Below are positions 30,669 through 40,286 of a DNA stretch of 59,071 bases, one piece after another (within the stretch, counting starts at the first letter, position 1; every line of letters starts with the position of its first letter). A program made the position numbers and the translations under genes. The DNA is taken from the IMG/VR virus record IMGVR_UViG_3300048589_000569, positions 1 through 59,071 of that record; one strand, written 5' to 3'. The notes under the pieces were generated by a model. That model saw nothing but the letters and a program-made list of their open reading frames with translations. It was not told where the DNA came from and searched no databases. The DNA comes from a virus. Its lineage: Duplodnaviria; Caudoviricetes.

Positions 30669-31116
30669 AAGCCTCCTTCTCCATCCGAGCCGTCTCAAGT
30701 GCGAGTGCTTGTTCGTCGTTGATCAGTTGTTGAGCCGCCCTCAGTCGACCCATCCTCATGTTGTACTCGTACTCCGTCTCTCCGCTCCTCCGAGGATGCT
30801 CAACCGAACCCCTAACCTCGCGGTCGCTTAAGTGCGTGAGTTCGACGGCGAAAAGGAGACGACAGGAGGCGTTGATGAGTTCGGCGGGGTCGTTGTTGGC
30901 GAGGTTCTCGAAGATGTGCTTGAGGGCATGGTCGAGGTGGTCGCGAACTGGGATGTTGCGCCAGTTGTCAACGCCGTACTTCTCGGCGCCCGCTTTGAGG
31001 ATGCGACCGATTTCCAGGACGGCTATTGGGGGGAGGAGAGAGGGCGCCGTGTTGATGCGGGAGTGCTTGCCCCCACCAGCGGTCACCTCGATCTCCCCAT
31101 TCTCATATTTGCTCAT
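30640..31116 (-). CDS. dATP/dGTP diphosphohydrolase-like (DUF5664) protein
   Basis: ILKAGAEKYGVDNWR...HALKH...ASCRLLF pattern. Confidence 0.75.
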   Translation of the reverse strand: MSKYENGEIEVTAGGGKHSRINTAPSLLPPIAVLEIGRILKAGAEKYGVDNWRNIPVRDHLDHALKHIFENLANNDPAELINASCRLLFAVELTHLSDREVRGSVEHPRRSGETEYEYNMRMGRLRAAQQLINDEQALALETARMEKEAYETDRRDLP

Positions 31117-31149
31117 TGGGACTCCGTAATGCTTGGGTGCGGAGAGAAG

Positions 31150-31182
31150 AAAAGCCCCCTTACTCTTTCGGGCAAGAGGGCT
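31150..31182 (-). terminator. rho-independent terminator
   Basis: AGCCCTCTTGCCC-GAAA-GAGTAAGGGGGCT followed by TTTCTTCT on the - strand. Confidence 0.65.
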
Positions 31183-31200
31183 GGCGTGGGACGGGTGTGG

Positions 31201-31704
31201 TTAGGCGTTGAGGTTCTTGTTGATGTAGAGGGACTCGTAACGGGCGAACGAGCCGTCGGGCTTCTTCTTCTCGTTGACCGAGCCGTTGATCTCGAGGAGG
31301 AGACGACCCCCGGCCTCGGCGATCATCTGGTCGACGATGATGGCCGCGTCGACGAAGTTCTCGACCTCACTGCCGATGATGGTGTTGAAGTTGGCGGAGG
31401 TCACGCGGGAGGCGATCTCCTTGGCCTTCGCAACACCAGAGGATTGGCCCTCTTCGGGGCCGAAGTCGAGGAAGGTGGTCGTGGTGAAGGTGCGACCCTC
31501 GTTGACGCCGTCGGCGATCTCGTACTTGAGGGTGAGTTTCGGGACCACCTTGCCGCTGGAGGGAAAGGTGAAGTCCTCGAGGTTGAGTTCCACGAGGTAA
31601 GCGTTGTGCTTACCGACGGGGAAGAACCGCTCGTTGGTGGCCTTCTGGTCGAAGGGCTGCTCAGCAGCGGCGCGACGCATGTTCTCGGACACATTGATAG
31701 GCAT
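31201..31704 (-). CDS. putative ssDNA-binding protein (DUF669-like OB fold)
   Basis: FPVGKHNAYL...LTLKYEIADGVNEGRTF; directly downstream of the Sak4-like gene. Confidence 0.55.
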   Translation of the reverse strand: MPINVSENMRRAAAEQPFDQKATNERFFPVGKHNAYLVELNLEDFTFPSSGKVVPKLTLKYEIADGVNEGRTFTTTTFLDFGPEEGQSSGVAKAKEIASRVTSANFNTIIGSEVENFVDAAIIVDQMIAEAGGRLLLEINGSVNEKKKPDGSFARYESLYINKNLNA

Positions 31705-31715
31705 ACTCTTTCCTT

Positions 31716-32630
31716 TCAGTCACTCGACATAGATGCGAGTTCTTCTTGGGCACGCTCAAACTCTTGCTTGAGACTTTGGAAACCACTAAACAATTCGATG
31801 TTCTCGATGTTCTGCATCGGACCTTCGGGACGCACGATCTTCGAGAATGGGTGAGTGGGGTTGTCGTTGAAGTTGAGGCGGAAGAGACGGCTGGTCTTCT
31901 TGCGACCAGTGGCCTTCATCTTAGGCGTCTTCACGACAGGGAGAAGGACTGGTTGGCCGGTTTTCTCGTCGATGACGGGTTCCATCTCGTCGATGACCTT
32001 GCTTTCGAGCACGCCGACGATGTTCATCATCTTGGAGAGGGATCGCCAGCAGGAGTCAGGGACGCCCACCGAGTCGACGAGGAGAGTGTTGTCACCTTGG
32101 CGGATGGTCTTCGTGTCGATGTGGGCGAGTAGACAGACGCCGTAGCCTGCGTTGATGAGGGACCAAAGCCACGCGACGATCTGCTGATTGACGTGGTTGT
32201 AGGAGGTGCGAGGGTCGATCTCGTGGAACTCACGGCCTTTGTCGAGGGCGACCTTGCCCATCGCATGGCCTACGAGTTCCCACGCACTGTCGACGACGAC
32301 CATCTTGGGTCGGTCGGGGGTGTTCTTCTTGGCAAGGTCGACGAGACGATCGCGGACCTTGCAGAGCCATTCCCAGTTGATGCCTGAGAAGTCTTGGTCT
32401 GGAACGCGACCGCACTTTTCGTGGCCCGGAGGGGCGGCGCCTTTGCGGTCGAGGTCGATTTTGAGGAGGTTGGGGTCAGTTCCGACGAACGTGGATTTGC
32501 CCGCGCCCGTGTGACCGAAAATGGTGATTCGGCGTCTGTAGAAGTCGGGACTATCGACGCCGGACGGCTTCCCCCGTAGGTCGGCAAACAGATCGCTCGA
32601 CCCCTTAGAGAGGACTTCGGTGGTTGGCAT
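31716..32630 (-). CDS. Sak4-like AAA ATPase / ssDNA annealing protein
   Basis: ITIFGHTGAGKST, IDLDRKG, VVVDS, LLAH, IVGVL. Confidence 0.75.
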   Translation of the reverse strand: MPTTEVLSKGSSDLFADLRGKPSGVDSPDFYRRRITIFGHTGAGKSTFVGTDPNLLKIDLDRKGAAPPGHEKCGRVPDQDFSGINWEWLCKVRDRLVDLAKKNTPDRPKMVVVDSAWELVGHAMGKVALDKGREFHEIDPRTSYNHVNQQIVAWLWSLINAGYGVCLLAHIDTKTIRQGDNTLLVDSVGVPDSCWRSLSKMMNIVGVLESKVIDEMEPVIDEKTGQPVLLPVVKTPKMKATGRKKTSRLFRLNFNDNPTHPFSKIVRPEGPMQNIENIELFSGFQSLKQEFERAQEELASMSSD

Positions 32631-32793
32631 TCAGATCTCCATCTAAAGAACTAGTGTGAAACTCCCCCGCCACTTTTCAGCAGCGGGGGGAGTGTCCGAC
32701 TCAACTCACCTCTGGAATGGCCCCCGTCGCTTACGGGCGAATCGGGGGACCTCGCGGTCGCTTGAGAGATCATACCTCTTCGCCAAGGGGAGT

Positions 32794-33942
32794 TCAACTG
32801 GTGGTGAAGAGGAAAGTGGGGGTGGGGGTGGTTTTGGCGGGGTGGGGTTGGTCGCGGAAGTGGATGGTGAAGTTTCGCATGAGGTCGCGCCACTCTCGGG
32901 GGTGGGAGGTGTAGAAGGGGGCGTAGTGGGAGACCTTGCCGAAGTTGCGAATGCCGTCGTCGGAACGCCAGAAGTAGGACATGTTGGTGGAGACGCAGTA
33001 TTGGGCGTGACGGAGGAGGCGTGTGAGGAATTGAGGGTCGGCGATGGGTTCGCTCTTGGCCCAACGGGTGATGTGCAGGAGGACGGGGGGTTCGAGTTCG
33101 AACTGGATGGAGTTCTTGGCGAATTCGCCTGTGGCTTGGTACCACTCACGGCAGCGTTGGCGGTAGACCTCACGGGCATAGCCGAAGCCTTCGACCATCT
33201 CGGCTTTGCGGTCGGCCTCTCGGATGCGGATGCCAGGGATCTGCCAGATGTAGTGCATGATCCCGCCGAAGGAGGCGTCGGGGGGGAGGTTGTAGACGGA
33301 TTGGATGACGCCTTGGTCGAGGAGGACGAGGGCGAGGAGGCGGTAGAGGAGGGTCTGGTATTCCCAGGGGATGGTGGAGAAGCGGGCCACCGGGGACATG
33401 GAGGTGGTCTTGGCGTCGAGGATATAGACTTCGTTCTTGTTCTCGTCATAGAGGAGGGCGTCGAAGCGGCCCGCAATGTCGATGGAGTTGGGGTCGTAGG
33501 ATCCGAGGAGGTCGGAAAGGGTGGAGAGAGCGAGGGCTTCGCAGGAGAGGAGGGAGAGGTGAGGGGGGAGGGGGAGGATGCGGTTGGCCTCCTCTTGGCA
33601 GATGAAGCCTACCTCCATCCAGTGGGCGTTGTCCTCGTTGAAGGACTGAGCGAAGTGAGGCGTTAGGGCTGTGTTGGCCTTCTTCGTGTCCTCTCGAAGG
33701 GCGTCTTCGAGGAAGCGGGTCTTTTCCTGCCCCTCAAGGCCTCGCAGGGAGCATTCAAGGGAGCGGTGGGACCAAGTGCCTAGGCCGAGGGCGGGGGCCG
33801 TGGAGAGGGGCTGAGAGATGCCTAGGCGGTGCTTGAGGAGGTAGAGGAAGGGGCATTCGCAGAGGGTGTGCCAGTCGGATGAGCGAATGACGGCGGGGCG
33901 GGGTTCGAAACCCGCTTTCGAGAGGTCGCTGAATTGGAACAT
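32794..33942 (-). CDS. PD-(D/E)XK nuclease (RecB/Cas4-like exonuclease)
   Basis: CPFLY, LGTWSH, AGRFDAL...ILDAKTT, YQTLLY. Confidence 0.8.
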   Translation of the reverse strand: MFQFSDLSKAGFEPRPAVIRSSDWHTLCECPFLYLLKHRLGISQPLSTAPALGLGTWSHRSLECSLRGLEGQEKTRFLEDALREDTKKANTALTPHFAQSFNEDNAHWMEVGFICQEEANRILPLPPHLSLLSCEALALSTLSDLLGSYDPNSIDIAGRFDALLYDENKNEVYILDAKTTSMSPVARFSTIPWEYQTLLYRLLALVLLDQGVIQSVYNLPPDASFGGIMHYIWQIPGIRIREADRKAEMVEGFGYAREVYRQRCREWYQATGEFAKNSIQFELEPPVLLHITRWAKSEPIADPQFLTRLLRHAQYCVSTNMSYFWRSDDGIRNFGKVSHYAPFYTSHPREWRDLMRNFTIHFRDQPHPAKTTPTPTFLFTTS

Positions 33943-33956
33943 GAGACTCCTTGGGG

Positions 33957-36851
33957 TTAGCGTCGGCGGTAGCGACGGGAGCGGGATCTTATTCCACCGG
34001 TGGACGCGATTGCCTCGGATCGGTTCTCAACGAACGTCGCCGAGAGTTCGGCGCTCGCGTGGTCGTAGTCAACGATCGCGCCCGCCGCCGCTTCGAGCGT
34101 GAGTTCGGCGCCGGGCAGGATGACCGGGGAGAGCGAGTAGAACAGCGTCGCGGCGTCTCCTTCGATCGTCACGGAACTGAACGCCGTGAGCGTGCGCGGC
34201 GATCCGTCGACGTTGAGGGTGAGCGATCCAACCTGCTGCACATCGAAGGGCGTGTCGGTGAACGTGACGGGGACGCTGAGCACGTTCCCGGCTTCGTTGA
34301 CGCTGCCTGCGACCAGTCCGTTGCCGATCGTGCATTCGAGAAGGTCGGTCACGCTCTGCGCGAACGAGAGCGACTTGAGCGCGGTGATCGCCGTCGCGTC
34401 GGCGACGGTCGTGTCGTCGATGACCTGCGCGTCGGAGATCAGCATCTCCGTCGTCGCGTCGGCGCTCGTGCGCCAGCCGATGCGGAGCGAGTCGGGCGCG
34501 AACCCCGACGCGAGCGAAGTGATCTGTCCGGTGGCGAGGGGCAGACCTCCCGCTGACGCGGAGCACGCGAGTCGCCCGGTTCCCCCGTTCCACGTGAGGC
34601 ATCCGACGACCTGCATGTTGCGCGCCGGGTACGCCTTGCCGATGTTGACCGTTGAAGGGGTGCCCCCGCGCACCGAGCGAAGCACGAGGTTTTCCCCGGC
34701 CATGTCGATCTCGACGGCGGCGTAGTTGCTGTCATCCTCGTAGAGGCAGACGAGCGGGAGCGTGGTCTGGCCGAACGATTGGTCCCATCCGTCGCGCGGG
34801 AGTTTGACCGCGAAGTAGGCCGAGCACGCGTCGGCGGCGGCGTCGGTCCAGTCGAGCGAGGCCCGCTCGTCGGACGCCGCAGCGCCGCTCGCGGGCGAAT
34901 ACCCGGGCATCGTGAGCGAGTCGTACAGCGCATCGAGCGCGATCGAGACATCGAGCGCGTTGTTGGCCTGCGAGAACAGCGAGAGCACGAAATCGCCCGT
35001 CGCGGTGCGCGTGCCCGAGAAGGTCAGCGGCACCCACTCGCGTTGGAGGGCCATCGAGCCGCCCGCCGACGACACGCTGTCGAGGTCGCCGGCGCCGTTG
35101 ACGATCTCCTCGGACATGGAGAACTGGAACGAGCCGTCGCCGTGGTTGTACACCCACACGCGACCGGCGACGGGTCCGGCGGGGAAGCCGCCGCTCGACA
35201 TGGTGAACGCCGCGACCTCCACGAAGTCATCGACGGCGGTGGGCGTGCGCGTCACGCGATAGACGGGACACGACGCGGGCAGGTTGTCCGGCGGAGATTC
35301 TTCGAGCGTGACGCTCGCCGAGTTGAGCGCCGACGCCGACACGCTGGATGCGCGAAGGTTCTCGTCTGCCGATCCCACGCGAAGAGCACGACGCTTGACC
35401 GGCGTGTATCGCGGTCGCCAGCCGCCGCCCGTGTTGCTCGCATCGACGTTGTTGTTGCGGAGCGAAGTGAGGTGCGTCAGGTCCATCATCACGGCGGTGT
35501 TGCCGGTGGAGTTGAAGTTCCAGCCGGTGAGCGTTTCGCTCCACGTCATGCCGTCATCAGAGAAATACATCGGCCCGTAGGTGTACTTGTTGTTTCCGGG
35601 CGATTGAGCAGACACGCTGGGCTGCGAGCGAGCGACCCATCCGAGCAGCGGCGGGTTGTGCCACGACGCGCAGCGGATCGAGAACGCTTCGGCGCCGCCG
35701 GGATTCGCGCGGATGCCCAGCAGCGTCGTCGAGTGGACGATCGCCTTGTCGCCGGTGCAATCGACGATCGCGACGCCCTCCATGCCCAGGTCCGATCCCA
35801 TGAGGAGCGTGTCGTGGTCGGGGCCGGGGGCCATGCCCACGGGCTGAAAGCCGCGAACGCTGATGTCGTCGAGGTCGGCGTCGGCCTGACCGTGGAACTC
35901 GTCGTCTTTGGTCCAGTTGCCGAGCGTGGTCCAGTCGCCGTTGTCGATCGACGCGATGGGGATCGTGAGCGCCGAGAGGCCGGACTTGCCCATGCTGTCG
36001 CCGCGCGCGACGACGACGCGAGCGTGCGTGATCGTGCCCCCCGAGTCGCGCAGGAAGATCATGCCCGCCGAGTGCGTGTGGTCGCACGGGAACGGCGCCT
36101 CCCACTCGCCGATGCGCGCGGCGGTGAACGTCCAGCCGGTCGACGTGTCCGGTCGCGTCGCGCGCACGAGCAGGCAGACGCCGCCCGTTGCCTCCGGCGA
36201 ACCGCCCTTGAATCGGTAGTCCACCATCGGAAAGAAGAACTCCAGCGGCGCATCGCTGGAGTAGTTTCGGACGTAGGCGCCACCAACGGCCCATTCACGC
36301 AGGCGATCAACGCCGACCTGCACCGTGGCGTCGTCGAGGAGCAGGTTCCACGTCGCGCCGTCGTCGGTCGAGGTGATGACCGAGATGCCCTGCACCGTGC
36401 CGTTGAGGGTTCGGCGGCAGAGCAGGATGATGGCGCCGTGCGCGATGACCGACGCGTTCGGGAATCGGGCAGTGGTGTCGGGCCCGTCCACCACGCGAAA
36501 CGGCGCGACGCCGGTGGACGAACTCACGTTGGTCGTCGTGATCGCGGTGCCGTTGACGCGGCCCGACGTGATGACGACGTTGAGGGCCGAATTGTTGACG
36601 ATGACCGTGCGGTTGGCGGTCCCGTCGGCGGCGTACCCGGCGGACGAGCGGATTCGCTGGCCCGATGTGACGCTCCCGATGTCGGCGGACTCGTAGCCCG
36701 GCGCGAAGGCGTGGAGCGTGTCGAAGCGCGGGTCGTCGGCTCCGCGTGCGCGTCCGATCGGCTCGAAGGTCGTCTGTCCTCGCGTGAGCGAGAGCGAGAG
36801 CCCGGCGTCGGCGACGAGTCGTCGGTGGAATGTGGCGTTGCGCGTCGCCAT
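33957..36851 (-). CDS. large beta-rich extracellular/virion-type protein (964 aa) in foreign island
   Basis: Asp-box-like STDDGATW and FSDDGMTW (BNR/sialidase-type propeller), Arg-rich C-terminus, codon usage unlike the rest of the genome. Confidence 0.65.
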   Translation of the reverse strand: MATRNATFHRRLVADAGLSLSLTRGQTTFEPIGRARGADDPRFDTLHAFAPGYESADIGSVTSGQRIRSSAGYAADGTANRTVIVNNSALNVVITSGRVNGTAITTTNVSSSTGVAPFRVVDGPDTTARFPNASVIAHGAIILLCRRTLNGTVQGISVITSTDDGATWNLLLDDATVQVGVDRLREWAVGGAYVRNYSSDAPLEFFFPMVDYRFKGGSPEATGGVCLLVRATRPDTSTGWTFTAARIGEWEAPFPCDHTHSAGMIFLRDSGGTITHARVVVARGDSMGKSGLSALTIPIASIDNGDWTTLGNWTKDDEFHGQADADLDDISVRGFQPVGMAPGPDHDTLLMGSDLGMEGVAIVDCTGDKAIVHSTTLLGIRANPGGAEAFSIRCASWHNPPLLGWVARSQPSVSAQSPGNNKYTYGPMYFSDDGMTWSETLTGWNFNSTGNTAVMMDLTHLTSLRNNNVDASNTGGGWRPRYTPVKRRALRVGSADENLRASSVSASALNSASVTLEESPPDNLPASCPVYRVTRTPTAVDDFVEVAAFTMSSGGFPAGPVAGRVWVYNHGDGSFQFSMSEEIVNGAGDLDSVSSAGGSMALQREWVPLTFSGTRTATGDFVLSLFSQANNALDVSIALDALYDSLTMPGYSPASGAAASDERASLDWTDAAADACSAYFAVKLPRDGWDQSFGQTTLPLVCLYEDDSNYAAVEIDMAGENLVLRSVRGGTPSTVNIGKAYPARNMQVVGCLTWNGGTGRLACSASAGGLPLATGQITSLASGFAPDSLRIGWRTSADATTEMLISDAQVIDDTTVADATAITALKSLSFAQSVTDLLECTIGNGLVAGSVNEAGNVLSVPVTFTDTPFDVQQVGSLTLNVDGSPRTLTAFSSVTIEGDAATLFYSLSPVILPGAELTLEAAAGAIVDYDHASAELSATFVENRSEAIASTGGIRSRSRRYRRR

Positions 36852-37663
36852 TACTCGCTTCTCCCGTAGTTGCTCAGCACGTCGTTCACCTGGTCAAAGT
36901 CTCCGTCGCGAAGCGCGAGGTTGAGGTCGTCGAAGTCCACGCGCCCGTCGCCATTCAGGTCGCCTTCCAATGGCGGGATGAACCGCGCGGCGGCGAGCAT
37001 GATCGCTTCGGCGTTCACCGGGCCCCACGGCTTGCCGAGTTGACGCATCCGGCTCGTGCGTGTCGGTCGGAAGATGCCGCGCGAGTAGTCGCCGCCGCCT
37101 CCCTCGAACACGCCCACGGTCCCGCCCATGCCGTCGTCGCGACCGATCAGGTGCGACCACTTCACAAGCGCGGGGTCGCTCTCGGTGTCAAGGTTCGGCG
37201 CGGACGGCCCGCCGCCGGTGTAGACGCCGCTGCGCCCGTACTCGTCGCCGAGCCCGCCGATCGCGTGGCCGAGGAACTCGTGCTTGAGCATCTCCGCGAA
37301 GTGGACGTTGTTCGCCGCGACGTACGCAACGTTCGCCATGCCGTTGTACGCGCCGCCGTAGTGCGACGAGTTGACGAGCAGGAGGACGATGTCGTGATAG
37401 CCGACGCCCTTCGCCGTGCGCCACGAAAGCACCTTGCCGACATTCAGCCGGAGGTTCCCGTTCGAGTGAACGTACGCGCCGAACGCGGTGTCGCCGCTGA
37501 GTTGGTCGGTCGCCGATTCGGTGTAGAGCGTCCGTGTCTGCATCCGGCGCACGACGTGCCCGACCTCGGGATCGCTCGCGAGCACGTTCATCGCTCGCGT
37601 CGCGTCGTCGAGGAACGCGGCCTCATCGGTGTATCCGTCGCCGGTGATCCAGACGGTGTTCAT
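36851..37663 (-). CDS. M64 (IgA peptidase-like) metallopeptidase with C-terminal dockerin-like repeat
   Basis: GDGYT, YGGA, HEFLGHAIGGLGDEY, PNL, KWSHLIG, VFEGG...IFRP...MR; tail GDLNGDGRVDFDDLN...VLSNYG. Confidence 0.85.
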   Translation of the reverse strand: MNTVWITGDGYTDEAAFLDDATRAMNVLASDPEVGHVVRRMQTRTLYTESATDQLSGDTAFGAYVHSNGNLRLNVGKVLSWRTAKGVGYHDIVLLLVNSSHYGGAYNGMANVAYVAANNVHFAEMLKHEFLGHAIGGLGDEYGRSGVYTGGGPSAPNLDTESDPALVKWSHLIGRDDGMGGTVGVFEGGGGDYSRGIFRPTRTSRMRQLGKPWGPVNAEAIMLAAARFIPPLEGDLNGDGRVDFDDLNLALRDGDFDQVNDVLSNYGRSE

Positions 37664-37781
37664 TGGCCGCTCCCCACAAACGCGATCCACGCGACGGCAA
37701 CACCCACAGTGACGATAAGAAGCCGCAAGATGAACTCGCGGCCATCGTTAGACACGATCCAGCGAGCGGGTCGCCGGAGTT

Positions 37782-37940
37782 TCACTTCACCTTGCCGTCG
37801 ATCTTGTCGGCGAGGTTCTTGATCTCCGACATCACTTTCGAGAGAAGGAAGTGACCAGCCAGAACTCCGAGAGCGAAGATGCCGACCTGCGAGAACGCGA
37901 ATGTCCACACGTCCATGAAGAAGAGAGAAAGTCCGTTCAT
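37782..37940 (-). CDS. small membrane protein (52 aa, holin-like)
   Basis: AGGAG RBS, ATG overlapping the upstream stop, one hydrophobic helix. Confidence 0.55.
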   Translation of the reverse strand: MNGLSLFFMDVWTFAFSQVGIFALGVLAGHFLLSKVMSEIKNLADKIDGKVK

Positions 37941-38519
37941 GAGTGATTCTCCTTGTTGACTTGGGCTTTTTTCTCGGCCTTGTAAGCCGCGTTGAAGGCC
38001 GGGTCCGTTCTGAGGGCCGCGACCACTTCGGTCTCCGGCCTCCCCTTGGCGACTAGACGAGCCGCCGACTTCGTTGACGGGGGAATCAGGAAGGTCACGC
38101 CCGCTTTGATGAGCATGAACAGGCCCGTTCTCCACGCGATGATTATAACCGCCACCAACCCCACGACCAGCGCTAGTCGACCCAAAAGACTCGCCCACCA
38201 AGGCACCCTGTCCTGCGTTCGAGGCAGTTGGGCCTGTACGTTCTTGGCGGACGCCTCTGAGTTCTCCGACAGCGAATGGATCCGGCGAAGACCGTCCGTC
38301 ACGAAAGGCGTCGGTCTCGCCGACCTCCGAACGGCGATCTTCGATGGCGACCACGGTTTCCTGAATGTCACGCTGGTCAGCCCTAACGGACTCGGCGGCG
38401 GCGTTGATCTCCTTGGTGGCTGAACAGCCAGTGAGGGCTGATAGGAGCAGGAACACGACCAAGCACACCGAAACGGTGAACACGGCGAATCCAATGTCCG
38501 TCTTTGCTCTACTGTTCAT
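37937..38519 (-). CDS. putative lipoprotein/membrane protein split by a +1 frameshift near 38305
   Basis: Signal plus lipobox (LTGC) in one frame; PWWASLL TM helix and a stop coupled to the next gene in the +1 frame. Confidence 0.6.
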
Positions 38520-38800
38520 TGGGATCCCAGTGCGTCCACCTTTTGCTCCAACCTCTCGATTCTTCTACGAAAGTCTTCGAGGGTGTGAGCCTCCAGTGAT
38601 TCCATTGTGTTTCGAGCCACGTTAAGATCACCTCTGATTTGGGTGATCTCGACTTGGATGGCTGACAGTCTCCGCTCCATCATGTTCGTGAACTTCCAAG
38701 CAGCCGTCAGGAAGGTCACGCAGAGAGCGGCAGCGAACAGGCCCACTCGGACCCACTCCCCAGACGCCTCCGACGAAGCCAGCAGGAGCAACAGTTCCAT
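38516..38800 (-). CDS. single-TM coiled-coil protein (holin-like)
   Basis: N-terminal TM helix followed by a heptad-rich tail. Confidence 0.55.
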   Translation of the reverse strand: MELLLLLASSEASGEWVRVGLFAAALCVTFLTAAWKFTNMMERRLSAIQVEITQIRGDLNVARNTMESLEAHTLEDFRRRIERLEQKVDALGSQ

Positions 38801-39357
38801 CAGATGGTGGTGATGATTCGCCCGGTGATGTTGGAGTTGGCGAAGGTCGAGTCCCCCGACGAGGCGGTCTGGGGGAGTACGGCCACATAGGAAACGCCGG
38901 TGAGGTCGAACAGTTTGTCCTCGGAGAAGTTGGTCGTCCCGTCGGTGCCTGCGATGGCCGAGAACTCCGCGTCAAGCGTGTTGTCCGTGTCTCGTTGGGG
39001 AAGGGCGGTCCACCACCCATCCACATCGGCGGTGATCCCCTTCCTACGGTCGTCTAGGTTGTTCTTGACGAACCCAAACACCCTAACGGTGGGTTGGGTA
39101 GAGACCAGACCTTCCCATTCGTGACGGATGGACAACCACCCAGCCATCATATCTGTGGGGAGGACGGCGATCTGCCCATCAAACTCGGTCGAGGAACGAA
39201 CCTCAGCCACATCAAGGGTGTCGAGGTCGGAAGGAATGGTCGTGTCAACGTCGGTGACCAGCGTGTAGTAGGGGGTGGTGCTGGTGACCAGTCGTTGGCT
39301 ACCGGCAGCCTCAGTCCACCTGATGCTGGTGATCGTTGCAGTCGGCGTCGTTCCCAT
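38800..39357 (-). CDS. hypothetical Thr-rich beta protein (185 aa)
   Basis: ATG ORF; stop overlaps the next start. Confidence 0.6.
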   Translation of the reverse strand: MGTTPTATITSIRWTEAAGSQRLVTSTTPYYTLVTDVDTTIPSDLDTLDVAEVRSSTEFDGQIAVLPTDMMAGWLSIRHEWEGLVSTQPTVRVFGFVKNNLDDRRKGITADVDGWWTALPQRDTDNTLDAEFSAIAGTDGTTNFSEDKLFDLTGVSYVAVLPQTASSGDSTFANSNITGRIITTI

Positions 39358-39865
39358 TCGATTTCCCCCGGATGTCGTGAACCAACGCCGCGTTGATGAG
39401 CGTCCGCACGACCCATTCCCCGGCTGCCCGCCTCATGACGGGGGTATAGCCCGGAATCAGCATAAGTTCGATACCCCTTATTCTACACTCACGCTGGAGG
39501 GAGTCAACCACCACGAAGGGGTGGTCCGTGTAGGTCGTTTCCCGTTGGACGGTGATGGGACTGCCCTCCAGCATGAGGATGGGGTGGGTGCATTCGTCCC
39601 GTAGTCGGTCGAGGGTTCCCAGGAACCGCTTCCGGTCTTTTGTCATGAGGTTCTTGCTGATCTCCCTCATATCGAACTTTCGTTCGATGAGGCAGACACC
39701 CTCGTACCCTTCGAGGGCATAGTCGCCCGTGCGGAGGCGGCGTCTCACCATGTTGACACTGGCGAGATCGGGCTTCAAATGCCAATTAGCGACCGCGAGG
39801 TTGTTAGGGAGGGGGAAGGGGGCCTGCTCCCGATCGTCGATGATGAGGGTGAATTCTCGTTTCAA
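39311..39865 (-). CDS. ERCC4/XPF-family nuclease (probable resolvase)
   Basis: IIDDREQ, LRTGDY, LIERK and LMLEG motifs. Confidence 0.85.
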   Translation of the reverse strand: MKREFTLIIDDREQAPFPLPNNLAVANWHLKPDLASVNMVRRRLRTGDYALEGYEGVCLIERKFDMREISKNLMTKDRKRFLGTLDRLRDECTHPILMLEGSPITVQRETTYTDHPFVVVDSLQRECRIRGIELMLIPGYTPVMRRAAGEWVVRTLINAALVHDIRGKSNGNDADCNDHQHQVD

Positions 39866-40286
39866 ACCTTCCTTTCCGCATATAGCGACGAGATGTATTG
39901 GGATTCGTCGCTCAGAAGTATAGAGGCCAGTTCCAGGTTGGTCAGCCTCTTGTTCACCGGGGGCTCAAAAGCGGCTCTCTTGAAGGAGACGAAGAAGGTG
40001 GTGAGGGTGGGCGTCGGGTGAGGAAGTTCTTGATCTCTCCCACCGTGCGTAGGGTCGAGACCGCAATCTCCTCGAACGACATTCCCAGGCGACGCATCGT
40101 CACGATCTGTAGGCATTCTTCTGTTCCTTCGGGCAGGGGGGTGCGTGGGAGGAGGCCGGAACTCTTCATCACCTTGATGATGTCGAGGGGGTCGGCGTCG
40201 AGGGCGGCGGCTATCTCGATGACGGACAACTTTTGCGACCAAAGGTGGCTGATCTTGTCCGCAAACGTCAGGTGGGGGGTATTCAT
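39862..40286 (-). CDS. HTH DNA-binding protein, apparently frameshifted near 40010
   Basis: LSVIEIAAAL and GMSFEEIAVSTLRTVGEIK HTH-like segments. The alternative frame continues and ends coupled to the ERCC4 start. Confidence 0.55.

Noticed and set aside
30640-31116. Z-genome (2-aminoadenine) pathway suggested by DUF5664 and MazG
   Set aside because: No PurZ/adenylosuccinate synthetase-like ORF is visible.
32794-33942. Cas4 as part of a CRISPR-Cas locus
   Set aside because: It sits in a Sak4/SSB recombination module with no other cas genes or array.
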